Numbered from the stretch's first letter, positions 55,154 through 64,000 are shown. The stretch: 64,000 bases of DNA from an uncultured Candidatus Rokubacteria bacterium (GCA_963758635.1 CAVWWD010000003.1:736001-800000); one strand, 5' to 3'. The notes: generated from the letters alone by a model not told the origin. Numbers and translations are program-made.

Positions 55154-55960
55154 GTGTCCCGGATCTTCGAGGGATCGCCGCGTCGCCCCGCGGGCCGCGG
55201 TCGGATGAGCGTCAGCGGGGCGGCGTTGGCCGATGATCGACGCCGGCGCGCGGATGCGCTCCGCGTCGACGGCTTCTGCGCGACCGACCGAGTCTTCACG
55301 CCCGTGCAGCTCGACGCGGCGCGCGCCGCCGCCGACCGCATCCTCCACGCCCATGGCGTGTCGAGCGAGTTCGCCCTGATCGCGCTCGACGCCTGGCGCC
55401 GTGAACCGGCGCTGCGCGAGCTGCTGCTGCCGCTCGCCCGGATCGCCCGTGAGCTCATGGGCCTCACCGAGGTCCTCGTCTTCCAGGACCTCGTGATCGA
55501 CAAGCGTGCGGTCTCGGCGGCACCGATGCCCTACCACCAGGACCAGTCCTACCTGCCGCTCGATCGCGATGACGGCCTCGTCGCCTGGGTGGCGCTCGAC
55601 GACGCCGACACGGCGCGCGGCTGCCTGCGCTACGCCCCTGGCACGCACCGGCTCGGCGCGCGCCGGCCGGCCCGATTCTCCGACGCGCCATCGCGCGACA
55701 CGCACCTGCCGGCGATCGAGGTCGACGAGCGTACGGTGGTCAGTGTCCCCGCGGTGGCCGGGCAGGCGCTGTTCCACAGCACGCGGGTCTGGCACGGGTC
55801 GCCGCCCAACACCACCGACCTGCCACGGCGGGCGTGGTCGATCTACTTCTTGCCTCCGAGCGTCCGGTGGGCGCCGGAACGCGCGGCGCATCCGTACCTC
55901 CTCGAGCTGGCGCCGGCGGCGGGCGATCCGGTGTCCGGGGACCGGTTTCCCCGGTTCTGA
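55154..55960 (+). CDS. Phytanoyl-CoA dioxygenase (PhyH) family 2OG-Fe(II) oxygenase; start GTG 55154 or ATG 55205
   Basis: PYHQD (HxD), WVALDD...GCL...PGTH, WHGS.PN and RRA. Confidence 0.9.
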   Translation: MSRIFEGSPRRPAGRGRMSVSGAALADDRRRRADALRVDGFCATDRVFTPVQLDAARAAADRILHAHGVSSEFALIALDAWRREPALRELLLPLARIARELMGLTEVLVFQDLVIDKRAVSAAPMPYHQDQSYLPLDRDDGLVAWVALDDADTARGCLRYAPGTHRLGARRPARFSDAPSRDTHLPAIEVDERTVVSVPAVAGQALFHSTRVWHGSPPNTTDLPRRAWSIYFLPPSVRWAPERAAHPYLLELAPAAGDPVSGDRFPRF

Positions 55961-56018
55961 CCGAACGCGCGAGACCCGAGCAGCGACACGATCCTGACGC
56001 AGCGCACGAGACCTGTCC

Positions 56019-57635
56019 ATGGATCGCGCCCTCGAAGGGCATCACCGCTACCTGATCGTGAGCCGCGAGGTATGCGCGCGGCGCCCGCTCGTGCACGCGC
56101 ATCAGCTCGCCGCCCTCGAGCGCGAGATCGCGTTGACCGAGAGCGCCGACGGGGTCATGCGCTATCGGGTGGCCAGCGGCGACTCGTTCGAGCTGACGCG
56201 CGCGGCCTGGCTGGACCGACTCGTGAACCACGCCCGCGTCGGCGCTCTGGTCGGCGACCGCTGGAGGGTCCGGGCCTCCGCGCTGGAGTACGCGCACGCC
56301 CTCGAGGCCTCGGGCCACGACGACTGGCCGGGCATGCTCCACGCCGGCGCCGCGCAAGCCGCGCCCCTGATCGTGAGCGGCGGCGAGACCGCGGCGATGT
56401 TCACGCGGCTGCTCCTGAACGTGCTCCGTCACCGCGAGGAGCAGCGCGCCGCCCTGCAGGACCAGTTCCGCGCCGGGGCGCTCGACGCCTATCGCGGTCT
56501 CCGGTCCGCCGATCCCGCGTTCGCGTGGTCGCGGGTGCTTGACCGGCCGCACTACGCGCTGCGCACGCCGTGGACCGGTCCCGGATTGCAGGCGATCGGG
56601 GCGTGGATGGAGGAGCTCGGCGGCGATGCGGCCGTGCGACACGCGGATACGCCCGAGGACGCTGTGGGCGACAGTGATGTGCTTGCGGCCATGGCGGCCT
56701 CCGAGGCGCGATGGCGGTCGCAGCTCCCGCAGCGTCCCCCCGGCCCCCTCCTGCCCGACGTCGCACACGACGACGTCGCCGCGCCGTACCGTACCCTGGC
56801 CGAGACCACGCCGGGCGACGGACGCGCGGCGGAGGCGACACGCCGAGCCGCCCGGGCCCTTCTCGCCGCGAGCGCCGATGCGCCCTCGCCGCAACACGCC
56901 CTGGCCCGCCTCGTCGGTGACGGCTTGCTGGCGGAGCTGGCGGCCGCGCCCCTGCGCGCGCACGCCGAGGAGAGCCTCGAGCGCCAGGTCGTCTGGCCCG
57001 ATCCGCTCGTGGAGCGACATCACCGGAACGTGTTGGACACGCTCCGTGACGTCCGGACGGCCACCGAGGTCGATCTCGTCGCCACCCACGCCAGCGCGTG
57101 CTTCGCCGTCGAGGCGGACTGGAACGTCCTGTACCTGTCGAGCCTGTTCGGCCCGCTTCGCGCCGCGTGCGCGCTCGGGGCGGACGACAGCATCGCCGTG
57201 CGCACGAATCTCCACCGGGCGGCGGACGTGACCTACCGCCTGCTGGGACTCACGCCGTGGAGTCTCCTCACGGCTCCGCGCGTGGCCGAGTTCATCGCCC
57301 GCGTCCTTGCTCCCCTGGCGGGTCGCGAGAACCTGAGCATCGGCGGCTTCCGGGGTGAGGGCGGGTTCGACTTCTTCGGCGAGGCGCGGGTGTGGGTGGC
57401 CGTGGCGCGGGCGGCAGGTCGCTTGAAGGAGTTCGATGCTCGGATCGCGGCCGAGGGGATGTCGGCGCTGTGCGAGCGCGCGGGCCTCGTGAAGCGGACC
57501 CCATCGCCGCGGTCCATGACCCTGTGGGGCGTCCCCGTCGCACCGGAGGATCCTCGACGCGAGCCCGCGTGGCCGCGGCGTCCGCCGATTCCCGGAATCG
57601 ACACGCCGCCCGGGGGCGAAGGTCGCGGCCTTTAG
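56019..57635 (+). CDS. Hypothetical protein, 538 aa
   Basis: Long ORF in line with the flanking + strand genes; no family recognised. Confidence 0.7.
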   Translation: MDRALEGHHRYLIVSREVCARRPLVHAHQLAALEREIALTESADGVMRYRVASGDSFELTRAAWLDRLVNHARVGALVGDRWRVRASALEYAHALEASGHDDWPGMLHAGAAQAAPLIVSGGETAAMFTRLLLNVLRHREEQRAALQDQFRAGALDAYRGLRSADPAFAWSRVLDRPHYALRTPWTGPGLQAIGAWMEELGGDAAVRHADTPEDAVGDSDVLAAMAASEARWRSQLPQRPPGPLLPDVAHDDVAAPYRTLAETTPGDGRAAEATRRAARALLAASADAPSPQHALARLVGDGLLAELAAAPLRAHAEESLERQVVWPDPLVERHHRNVLDTLRDVRTATEVDLVATHASACFAVEADWNVLYLSSLFGPLRAACALGADDSIAVRTNLHRAADVTYRLLGLTPWSLLTAPRVAEFIARVLAPLAGRENLSIGGFRGEGGFDFFGEARVWVAVARAAGRLKEFDARIAAEGMSALCERAGLVKRTPSPRSMTLWGVPVAPEDPRREPAWPRRPPIPGIDTPPGGEGRGL

Positions 57636-57665
57636 GGCCCCCGGAGGCTGTGCTATCCTCCCCCC

Positions 57666-58040
57666 ATGTCGGTCTCGAAGTCCGCGGTCGGATCAGAGCC
57701 CTCCACACCCTCCGATGCCGTCGGCCTGGCCCACGGGCGCCGGCTCACCGTCGACTCCGCGGGTGGCGAGCAGGTCGTCGAGATCCGCGGAGCCTCGGGC
57801 GCGGTGGAGCTCCGCGTGAAGATCACCGAGGAGGGCCCGGTGCTGCTCGTCGAGGCCGTCCGGATCGCGCTGAAGGCCGCCGACGCGGTGGACATCGACT
57901 GCACGCGCTTCCGGGTGAGCGCCTCGCAGTCGATCGAGCTGGCATCGCAAGGGCCGGTCCAGGTGACCGGTGGCGCGGACGTCGGCGTCAACGCGAGCGG
58001 CGAGGTGCACGTCAAGGGCGAGATGATCTACCTGAACTGA
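57666..58040 (+). CDS. Small protein resembling a gp5/VgrG C-terminal beta-helix (spike tip)
   Basis: Repeated ~8-residue beta units (IALKAADA-VDIDCTR-FRVSASQS-IELASQGP-VQVTGGAD-VGVNASGE-VHVKGEM-IYLN); lies immediately 5' of PAAR. Confidence 0.65.
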   Translation: MSVSKSAVGSEPSTPSDAVGLAHGRRLTVDSAGGEQVVEIRGASGAVELRVKITEEGPVLLVEAVRIALKAADAVDIDCTRFRVSASQSIELASQGPVQVTGGADVGVNASGEVHVKGEMIYLN

Positions 58041-58049
58041 GGCCCCGTC

Positions 58050-58436
58050 ATGCCCCCCGCGGCCCGAATGACCGACCTCGTGATGCACGATAGCCCGCAC
58101 TGCCATGCGCCGATCCATCCGCCCGCCCCGGTTCCCACGCCGATCCCGCATCCCTGCGTGACGCACCCGATCATGATGGCCTGCGTCCCGACCGTCATGG
58201 TCAACCATCTGATGTCCGCCGTCGTCAGCAGCATGACCATCCCCTGCCTGGAGGTTCCCTGCGTGCCCGGCGGGCCCGGCCTGGTCGCGAAGGGCTCGGC
58301 GACGGTGCTGATCGGGGCGATGCCCGCCGCTCGCATGGGTGACATGGTCGCCTTCGCCTCCTGCGTCGCCCCGATCCCGAGCCCCACCGGCAAGATCCTT
58401 CCGCCCTGCTCCCCTACCGTGATGATCGGCGGCTGA
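58050..58436 (+). CDS. PAAR domain protein
   Basis: PAARMTD, GSATVLIGAMPAARMGD and C-terminal SPTVMIGG. Confidence 0.93.
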   Translation: MPPAARMTDLVMHDSPHCHAPIHPPAPVPTPIPHPCVTHPIMMACVPTVMVNHLMSAVVSSMTIPCLEVPCVPGGPGLVAKGSATVLIGAMPAARMGDMVAFASCVAPIPSPTGKILPPCSPTVMIGG

Positions 58437-58441
58437 GCCGG

Positions 58442-59512
58442 GTGCGCCGCGAGCATCTCGAACGACTCCAGCCGCTCTGCCCCGTCTGCCGCGCCCGCGG
58501 GCGCGGGCCGCAGCCCCTCGTGACGGGCACGGTCGTCCGCGCCGACGGCGACGACATCCTGGAAGGCGTGCTGCTGTGTCCCGAGCGCGCCTGCCAGCGC
58601 GAGCACCCGATCATCGACGGGATCGCCGTGGTGGTCGCCGACATCGCGACCTGGGCGGCGCATCAGCTCGACGCGGTGATGCGCCGCGAGGACCTCTCGC
58701 CGTTCATGGAGAGCCTGCTCGGAGACGCCGCCGGTCCCGGGTCCAGCTTCAACAACGAGCGGGCCAACCTCGGTAGCTACGCGCGGAGCCACTGGGAGGA
58801 CGCGGAGGGGCCGGCCGCGCGCGACGGCAGCCTCGCCGGGCTCTTGAACGCGGGGCTCGAGCTGCTCGGAGAGCCGCCGCGCGGCGTGTGGGCCGACATC
58901 GGCTGCGCGGTGGGGCGCGGCGCCTTCGAGCTCGCGCGGCGGACGGGCGACCTCGCGGTCGGCGTCGACCTCAACTTCGCCATGCTCCGCGTGGCCGAGC
59001 GGCTGCGCCGGCAGGGACGGGCCGCCGTCCCGGTGCGGCGGGTGGGCGTCGTGTTCGATCGCCGGGAGGTGACGATGCCCGACCTGCCGGGCGAGCGCGT
59101 GAGCTTCTGGTGCTGCGACGCCGCCGCGCTGCCCTTCGCGGATGCCGCGTTCGACGGCGCGCTCAGCCTGAACGTGCTCGACTGCGTCCAGTCCCCCGTC
59201 GGTCACCTGGTCGAGCTGGGCCGCGTCCTCGCCCCGCGGGCGCGCGCGCTGCTCGCCTCGCCGTACGACTGGACGCCCACGGCGACGCCGCTCGCCGAGT
59301 GGCTCGGCGGGCACTCACAGCGCGCGTCCTCGCACGGATCGAGCGCGGCCGAGCTGCGCCGGGTCCTGTCGCGCGACGCGGCGGCCGGGATCGATACCGG
59401 GCTGGTGGTCGTGGCCGAGCGCGATCGCGTGCCGTGGCGCGTCTACACGAACGAGCGCGCCACCATGGACTACGCCGTCGACCTGCTGTGCCTGGAGCGG
59501 AAGCAGGCCTGA
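58442..59512 (+). CDS. Class I SAM methyltransferase with an N-terminal Trm112-like Cys knuckle
   Basis: LCPVC...EGVLLCPERAC..EHPIIDGI; DIGCAVGR; DAAALPFADAAFD; NVLDC. Confidence 0.85.
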   Translation: MRREHLERLQPLCPVCRARGRGPQPLVTGTVVRADGDDILEGVLLCPERACQREHPIIDGIAVVVADIATWAAHQLDAVMRREDLSPFMESLLGDAAGPGSSFNNERANLGSYARSHWEDAEGPAARDGSLAGLLNAGLELLGEPPRGVWADIGCAVGRGAFELARRTGDLAVGVDLNFAMLRVAERLRRQGRAAVPVRRVGVVFDRREVTMPDLPGERVSFWCCDAAALPFADAAFDGALSLNVLDCVQSPVGHLVELGRVLAPRARALLASPYDWTPTATPLAEWLGGHSQRASSHGSSAAELRRVLSRDAAAGIDTGLVVVAERDRVPWRVYTNERATMDYAVDLLCLERKQA

Positions 59513-59523
59513 CCGGGTCCGGC

Positions 59524-60864
59524 TCAGCCCTTCCGCGCAAGCTCGTGGACGTGGTCCACGGCGCCGGATACCTGGTCCGGGGGCACCGTGCCGAGTCGAC
59601 GCTCGTGGAGCCGGCGTCGGAGCGCGGTGAAGCGGTCGTAGTACTCGCCGATGTCGTCGCGGGTCAGGTCGGGCAGGTCGAGGATCGACTCCCGATGGTT
59701 CGCCGGCCGCTCCAGGTAGTCCGCGGGCAGATAGCCCCGCTCCATGCACACGCGGAAGAGCTGCGTGCCCGGGTACGGGTAGAACACGAAGTACCCGAAG
59801 TCCAGCACGTCCAGCTCCTCGGCCAGGTCCAGGGTCTGCGCGCAGGTCGTCCCGCGTCTCGCCGGGCAGGCCGAGCATGAAGTTGGCCGTGAGCAGGATG
59901 CCCGCCTCGCGCGTCCACCGGAACACGTCGCGGAAGCGCTGGTTGGTCACCGGCCGGTGCATGACCTCCCGTCGCACGCGCTCGCTGCCGCTCTCCACGC
60001 CGTAGGTGATCTGCTTGCACCCCGCCGCCGCGAGCACGCGCAGCAGCTCCGCGCTCACCGTCTCCACGCGCGCGTGCAGGCAGAACGGCGCGCCGACCTC
60101 GGCGCCGTAGACGCGGCAGAACTCCTTCACCCACGGGTGATGGATCGTGAACGTGTCGTCCAGGAAGATCACGTACCCGAGCCGGTCCTGCTGCGCGGAG
60201 CTCCGCCAGCTCGGCGAGCACGTTCGCGTGCGAGCGCCGGCGCCCGTACTCCTCGCCGGTCGCGTCGTACAGCTCGTTGTACATGCGTGCGGCGCAGTAG
60301 GTGCAGGGGAACGGGCAGCCGCGCTGCGTGGTCATGTGCACGGTGCCCCGGGGCTCGTCGAGGAGGTCGCGCGCCATGAAGGGCAGGCGGTCGATCGGCG
60401 CGAGCGGCGGGCGCAGCGCGGGACGGACGCCGCCGCGCGGCCACACGTTGCGGATCCCGTGGGCCGACGCCCCGCGCGAGAGCGCCTGCGACCAGGTCGA
60501 GCATCGGCTCCTCGCCCTCGCCCAGGCACACGTAGTCGAAGCCCGGCGCCGCGAGCACCGCCTCGGGCGCGAACGTCGGGTGGAGCCCGCCGGCGATGAC
60601 GGGCACGTCGATCCGCGCGCGGATCTGCGCCGATCAGGTGCCGCGCGCGCTGCCACTGGCGGGTCGTCAGCGAGACGCCGACGATGTCGGGCCGCTCGGC
60701 GGCCACCGCGGCCACCACCGCGTCGTCGCTCAGGTCGATCGCCGGCGCGGAGGAGCCGCGACCTCGTGCCCGTGCGCGCGGAGCCAGGCGCCGATGAACG
60801 CGGGTCCGATCGAGGCGACCGCCCAGGACCGCTCCGTGTCGACTTCCAGGAACAGCACGCGCAC
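59524..60864 (-). CDS. Cobalamin-binding radical SAM protein; several frameshifts
   Basis: PDIVGVS, IAGGLHPT, GEGE, TQRGCPFPCTYC, FLDDTF, GVESGS and FMLGLPGET across frames; AGGAGG RBS. Confidence 0.87.
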
Positions 60865-60875
60865 GACGGGGCCTC

Positions 60876-62507
60876 CTACCTCAGCATCAGCTCGCGGTAG
60901 CCGCCGGCGGCCACGCGGTCACACCACTCGCGGTACTCGGGCGCCGTGCCGCTGTAGCGGGCGATGATGCGCGTCTGCTTGCCCTCGACGTTCATGTTGA
61001 CGCCCGTCATCCAGGAGTCGACCTCGTTGGCGAGCAGGCCCTCGCCCTTCTTCTTGACGAACTCCGTCCATTCCTCCACGGCGTCCGGCCGCGCGTCGGC
61101 GACGCCGAGACCGCGCCGCTCCAGGTAGCCGAGGAGGTCGCGGATCCACTCCACGTTGTACTCGACGCTCCGCGGGATGTTGCCGAGCGCGGTGTGCGGC
61201 CCCATCACCATGAAGAGGTTGGGGAAGCCGTCGACCATCACGCCCATGAACGTGGCGGGGCCGCCCTTCCATCGGTCCTTGAGCCGTTGCCCGCCCCGGC
61301 CCCGGATGTCGATCCGGTCGAGGCTGCCGGTGATGGCGTCGAAGCCGGTGGCGTAGACGATCAGGTCGAGCTCGAACTCCCGGTCCGTGGTGCGCACGCC
61401 GGTCCGGGTGATGCGCTCGATGGGCGTCTCGAGGATGCTGACGAGCTCGACGTTCGGCTGGTTATACACCTCGTAGTAGTGCGTCTCCTGCGGCACCCGG
61501 CGTGTGCCGAACCCGTGGTCCTTCGGGATCAGGAGCTCCGCGACGCGCGGATCCTTGACCCGCTGGCGGATCTTGTCGGCGACGAAGGCGGAGAAGAGCG
61601 CGTTCGCCTCCCGGTCGATGAGCACGTCGCGGAAGTTGCCCATCCAGATGGCGAAGCCGGGCGCGGCGTAGAGCGTCTCCCAGAACGCCTGGCGCTCCTC
61701 CGGGCTCACCTCGAAGGTCCCGCGGGGGTCGGTGTTGTGCAGGAAGCAGGCGGCCGTCTCCCGGCAGCGCTCCCACAGCGCCGGGTAGCCCGTGCGGATC
61801 TCGTCCATCTCCGCGCGGCTGATCCGCCGGTTGTGCAAGGGCGTGCACCAGTTCGGGCGCCGCTGGAAGACGGTGAGGTGGGCCGCGGTCTTGGCGATCT
61901 CCGAGATCGCCTGCACGCCCGTCGCCCCGGTGCCGATGACGCCCACGCGCTTGCCCTCGAAGCTGACGGGGTGCTTGGGCCAGAGCCCGGTGTGATGCGC
62001 CTCGCCCTGGAAGTCGTCGACGCCCGGGATCCGCGGCAGGGTCGGCGCGGACAGCGGGCCCACCGCGGTGACGAGGTAACGCGATCGGGAGCGGCGGCCG
62101 TCCTCGAGCGTGATGTCCCACGCGAGCGCCGCATCGTCCCAGACCGCGGCCGTCACGCGGCTCCGGAACCGGATGTCCCGTCGCAGGTCGAACCGGTCGG
62201 CGACGTGGTTGAGGTAGCGCTCGGTCTCCGGCTGGGGCGCGAAGTGCTCGGTCCAGTCCCACTCGTCGAGAAGGTCCTGGCTGAAGGAATAGCCGTAGGA
62301 GTAGCTCTCGGAATCGAATCGGCACCCTGGATAGCGGTTCCAGTACCAGGTGCCGCCGACCCCGGTCCCGGCCTCGAACACGCGGACCTCCTGGCCCAGC
62401 TCGCGCAGGCGGTAGAGCTGGTAGAGCCCCGAGATGCCCGCCCCGATCACGGTGGTGTCGTGATCCAGGCCGTGGCCCGTGGAGGTCGGTCGAGGGTCGG
62501 GCGCCAC
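60876..62507 (-). CDS. Baeyer-Villiger monooxygenase (cyclohexanone monooxygenase-like); start approximate
   Basis: GAGISG, GGTWYWNRYPG, BVMO fingerprint FQGEAHHTGLWP, GTGATG and ATGFD. Confidence 0.93.
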   Translation of the reverse strand: MAPDPRPTSTGHGLDHDTTVIGAGISGLYQLYRLRELGQEVRVFEAGTGVGGTWYWNRYPGCRFDSESYSYGYSFSQDLLDEWDWTEHFAPQPETERYLNHVADRFDLRRDIRFRSRVTAAVWDDAALAWDITLEDGRRSRSRYLVTAVGPLSAPTLPRIPGVDDFQGEAHHTGLWPKHPVSFEGKRVGVIGTGATGVQAISEIAKTAAHLTVFQRRPNWCTPLHNRRISRAEMDEIRTGYPALWERCRETAACFLHNTDPRGTFEVSPEERQAFWETLYAAPGFAIWMGNFRDVLIDREANALFSAFVADKIRQRVKDPRVAELLIPKDHGFGTRRVPQETHYYEVYNQPNVELVSILETPIERITRTGVRTTDREFELDLIVYATGFDAITGSLDRIDIRGRGGQRLKDRWKGGPATFMGVMVDGFPNLFMVMGPHTALGNIPRSVEYNVEWIRDLLGYLERRGLGVADARPDAVEEWTEFVKKKGEGLLANEVDSWMTGVNMNVEGKQTRIIARYSGTAPEYREWCDRVAAGGYRELMLR

Positions 62508-62509
62508 GG

Positions 62510-63517
62510 TCAGGCGACGGGCGTGGCGAGCTCGACCGCGCGGACGGTCCGGAGCCGGCGCGCCACCGCGTCGAGGGTGCGCCGCCGGTCGCGGAAGAAG
62601 AACACCTCGACGATGTGGCCGCCGGAGCGCAGGCTCAGCCGGTCGAAGAGGAAGCCGGAGCGCGTTCGCACCTCGTCCACGTGCGCCACGTCCACCGCGT
62701 ACTCGCGCACGCCGAAGCCGCGCCGCGCCAGGAACACCAGGCGACCACCCGCGAGGCAGAGATAGCCCATCGTCCACGCCGGCGCGCCGACCGCGCGCCC
62801 TCCAAGGCAGCGCACCGCGAAGTCGCCGGGGACGCCGAAGCCCGGCGGCAGGAGCTGCGCGTGGCCCGGCGGCACCGCGTCGAAGACGTCGTCGGGCGGG
62901 GCCTCCCGGCCCGACCACACACGCGCCAGCGCGGCGAGCGCGAGGATCTGCGCGCGCAGGAGCCGGAACAGCCGGGGCGCCACCAGGGCGAAGGCGCCCG
63001 CGAAGCTCGCGGCGAGCACGCCGGCGAGCACGGGATGGGCGAGGGCCAGCCACACGCCGGTGACCGCCACGACGTCCTCGGCCAGCGAGAGGAAGATGTT
63101 GCTGAACGGCTCCGGGCTGCCGTTGGCCACCAGGCGCACGCCGGCCTTGGTCGTGTGCGTGGCCAGCGCCACGCCGCCGGCCAGCAGGAACGCCGCCACC
63201 TCGAGGGCGGGATCGACGCTGCCGAGGGCGGCCGCGCCCAGGCAGGCCGCGCCGAGCGGCCGGATGAACGTGTGGAGCGCGTCCCACGCGCTGTCCACCC
63301 AGGGGATCTTGTCGGCGAAGAACTCCACGACGTAGAGCGTGCCCGCCACGATCAGGACGAGGGGGTGGCCGAGGACGGCCAGCCCCTGGAGCTGGGGCGA
63401 GAGGTGGATCATCCCGGTGGCGACGCCGAAGCCCACCGCGAACACGGTGGCGTAGAGGTTGATCCCGGCCACCGCGCCCAGGCCCATGGCCGTGCCGAGG
63501 AGCTGGATGGTTTCCAT
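62510..63517 (-). CDS. DUF4126 family membrane protein with a C-terminal extension
   Basis: GINLYAT, EFFADKIPWVDSAWD..HTFIRP and EP.SN...S..ED. Confidence 0.88.
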   Translation of the reverse strand: METIQLLGTAMGLGAVAGINLYATVFAVGFGVATGMIHLSPQLQGLAVLGHPLVLIVAGTLYVVEFFADKIPWVDSAWDALHTFIRPLGAACLGAAALGSVDPALEVAAFLLAGGVALATHTTKAGVRLVANGSPEPFSNIFLSLAEDVVAVTGVWLALAHPVLAGVLAASFAGAFALVAPRLFRLLRAQILALAALARVWSGREAPPDDVFDAVPPGHAQLLPPGFGVPGDFAVRCLGGRAVGAPAWTMGYLCLAGGRLVFLARRGFGVREYAVDVAHVDEVRTRSGFLFDRLSLRSGGHIVEVFFFRDRRRTLDAVARRLRTVRAVELATPVA

Positions 63518-63615
63518 CGACCGCGATGGTGCGCCCGGCCGCCGTCGCGGTCAAGCGAACGCTCGGGATCGGGGCGTTCCAGCGGCGACTCCTCGAGCCG
63601 CCGGAGCGGGTCCGG

Positions 63616-64000
63616 TCAGGAGGGGCGCAGGCCGACCTCGATCCGGCCGGGCTTGACCTCGATCGGCGCGACGAGCACGGCGATCGGCAGGCGCCTCAGC
63701 TTGAGGGTCGGATCGAAGTGGCGGACCACCCAGTCCACGAGGGGGCCGGGCACCGGCACGGGCCCGATCCGCACGTCCTCCACGACCAGCGCGAACGGGC
63801 GCCCGTCGGTGGGGACCACGGCGCGGGCGCGCGCGGTCAGCGTCGTCCCGAGCCGGCGCAGGCTCACGCGGGCGTCCCCATCGCCCATGGTCACCGTGAC
63901 GCCGCGACCGGCGCGCTGGCCGCGGAGGAACGCGGCCAGGTCCTGCTCCAGGAGCGTGAGGCGCTCGAGCCGGAGCGCGCCCGCGTCGAGCAGCGCCAGC
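63616..64000 (-). CDS. Hypothetical protein, 5' end outside the window
   Basis: Open frame continues to the window edge (ALLDAGALRLERLTLLEQDLAAFL...VRIGPVPVPGPLVDW). Confidence 0.6.
   Translation of the reverse strand, partial: LALLDAGALRLERLTLLEQDLAAFLRGQRAGRGVTVTMGDGDARVSLRRLGTTLTARARAVVPTDGRPFALVVEDVRIGPVPVPGPLVDWVVRHFDPTLKLRRLPIAVLVAPIEVKPGRIEVGLRPS

Noticed and set aside
57666..58436. Complete T6SS, eCIS or prophage tail locus
   Set aside because: No tube, sheath, baseplate, full VgrG, membrane complex or phage genes in the window; the Clp ATPase here is canonical ClpB, not ClpV
60876..63554. 892-aa BVMO fusion protein
   Set aside because: The N-terminal part is an alternative frame of the DUF4126 gene; BVMO homology begins near 62500

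Overview
A very GC-rich bacterial window. The gene content and style suggest a soil lineage such as Candidatus Rokubacteria/Methylomirabilota, but this is inference and was not tested. It holds about 62 protein-coding genes and no rRNA, tRNA, CRISPR array or transposase that I could recognise. Many genes are split by 1-2 nt indels, often in homopolymers and densest at 37.3-41.3 kb and 59.8-60.8 kb; these look like long-read assembly errors rather than true pseudogenes. From left to right: Nudix, aldolase, PuuD-like and GGT genes; an MFS transporter; an ftsH-degP-dnaJ-clpB proteostasis cluster; a ~175-nt 6S-like structured RNA before a PAC2-family gene; a squalene/phytoene synthase-HpnA-like-PhzF operon; a solo Cas4/AddB-type nuclease; an M16 peptidase pair; a branched-chain amino-acid ABC transporter; SET, TPMT and HAD genes; two peptide ABC clusters with an MlrC-like peptidase; vapBC and an amidase; and a terephthalate-dioxygenase-like Rieske pair. 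The most unusual part is 52.2-60.9 kb. There a PAAR protein and a tiny stand-alone gp5/VgrG-tip-like beta-helix protein lie without any other T6SS or contractile-injection gene in the window. They sit among tailoring enzymes: two B12-binding radical SAM enzymes, a Trm112-like zinc-knuckle methyltransferase, a PhyH-type 2OG-Fe(II) dioxygenase, a GNAT and a 538-aa orphan. A REP-like repeat family and many apparently leaderless promoters are also visible.
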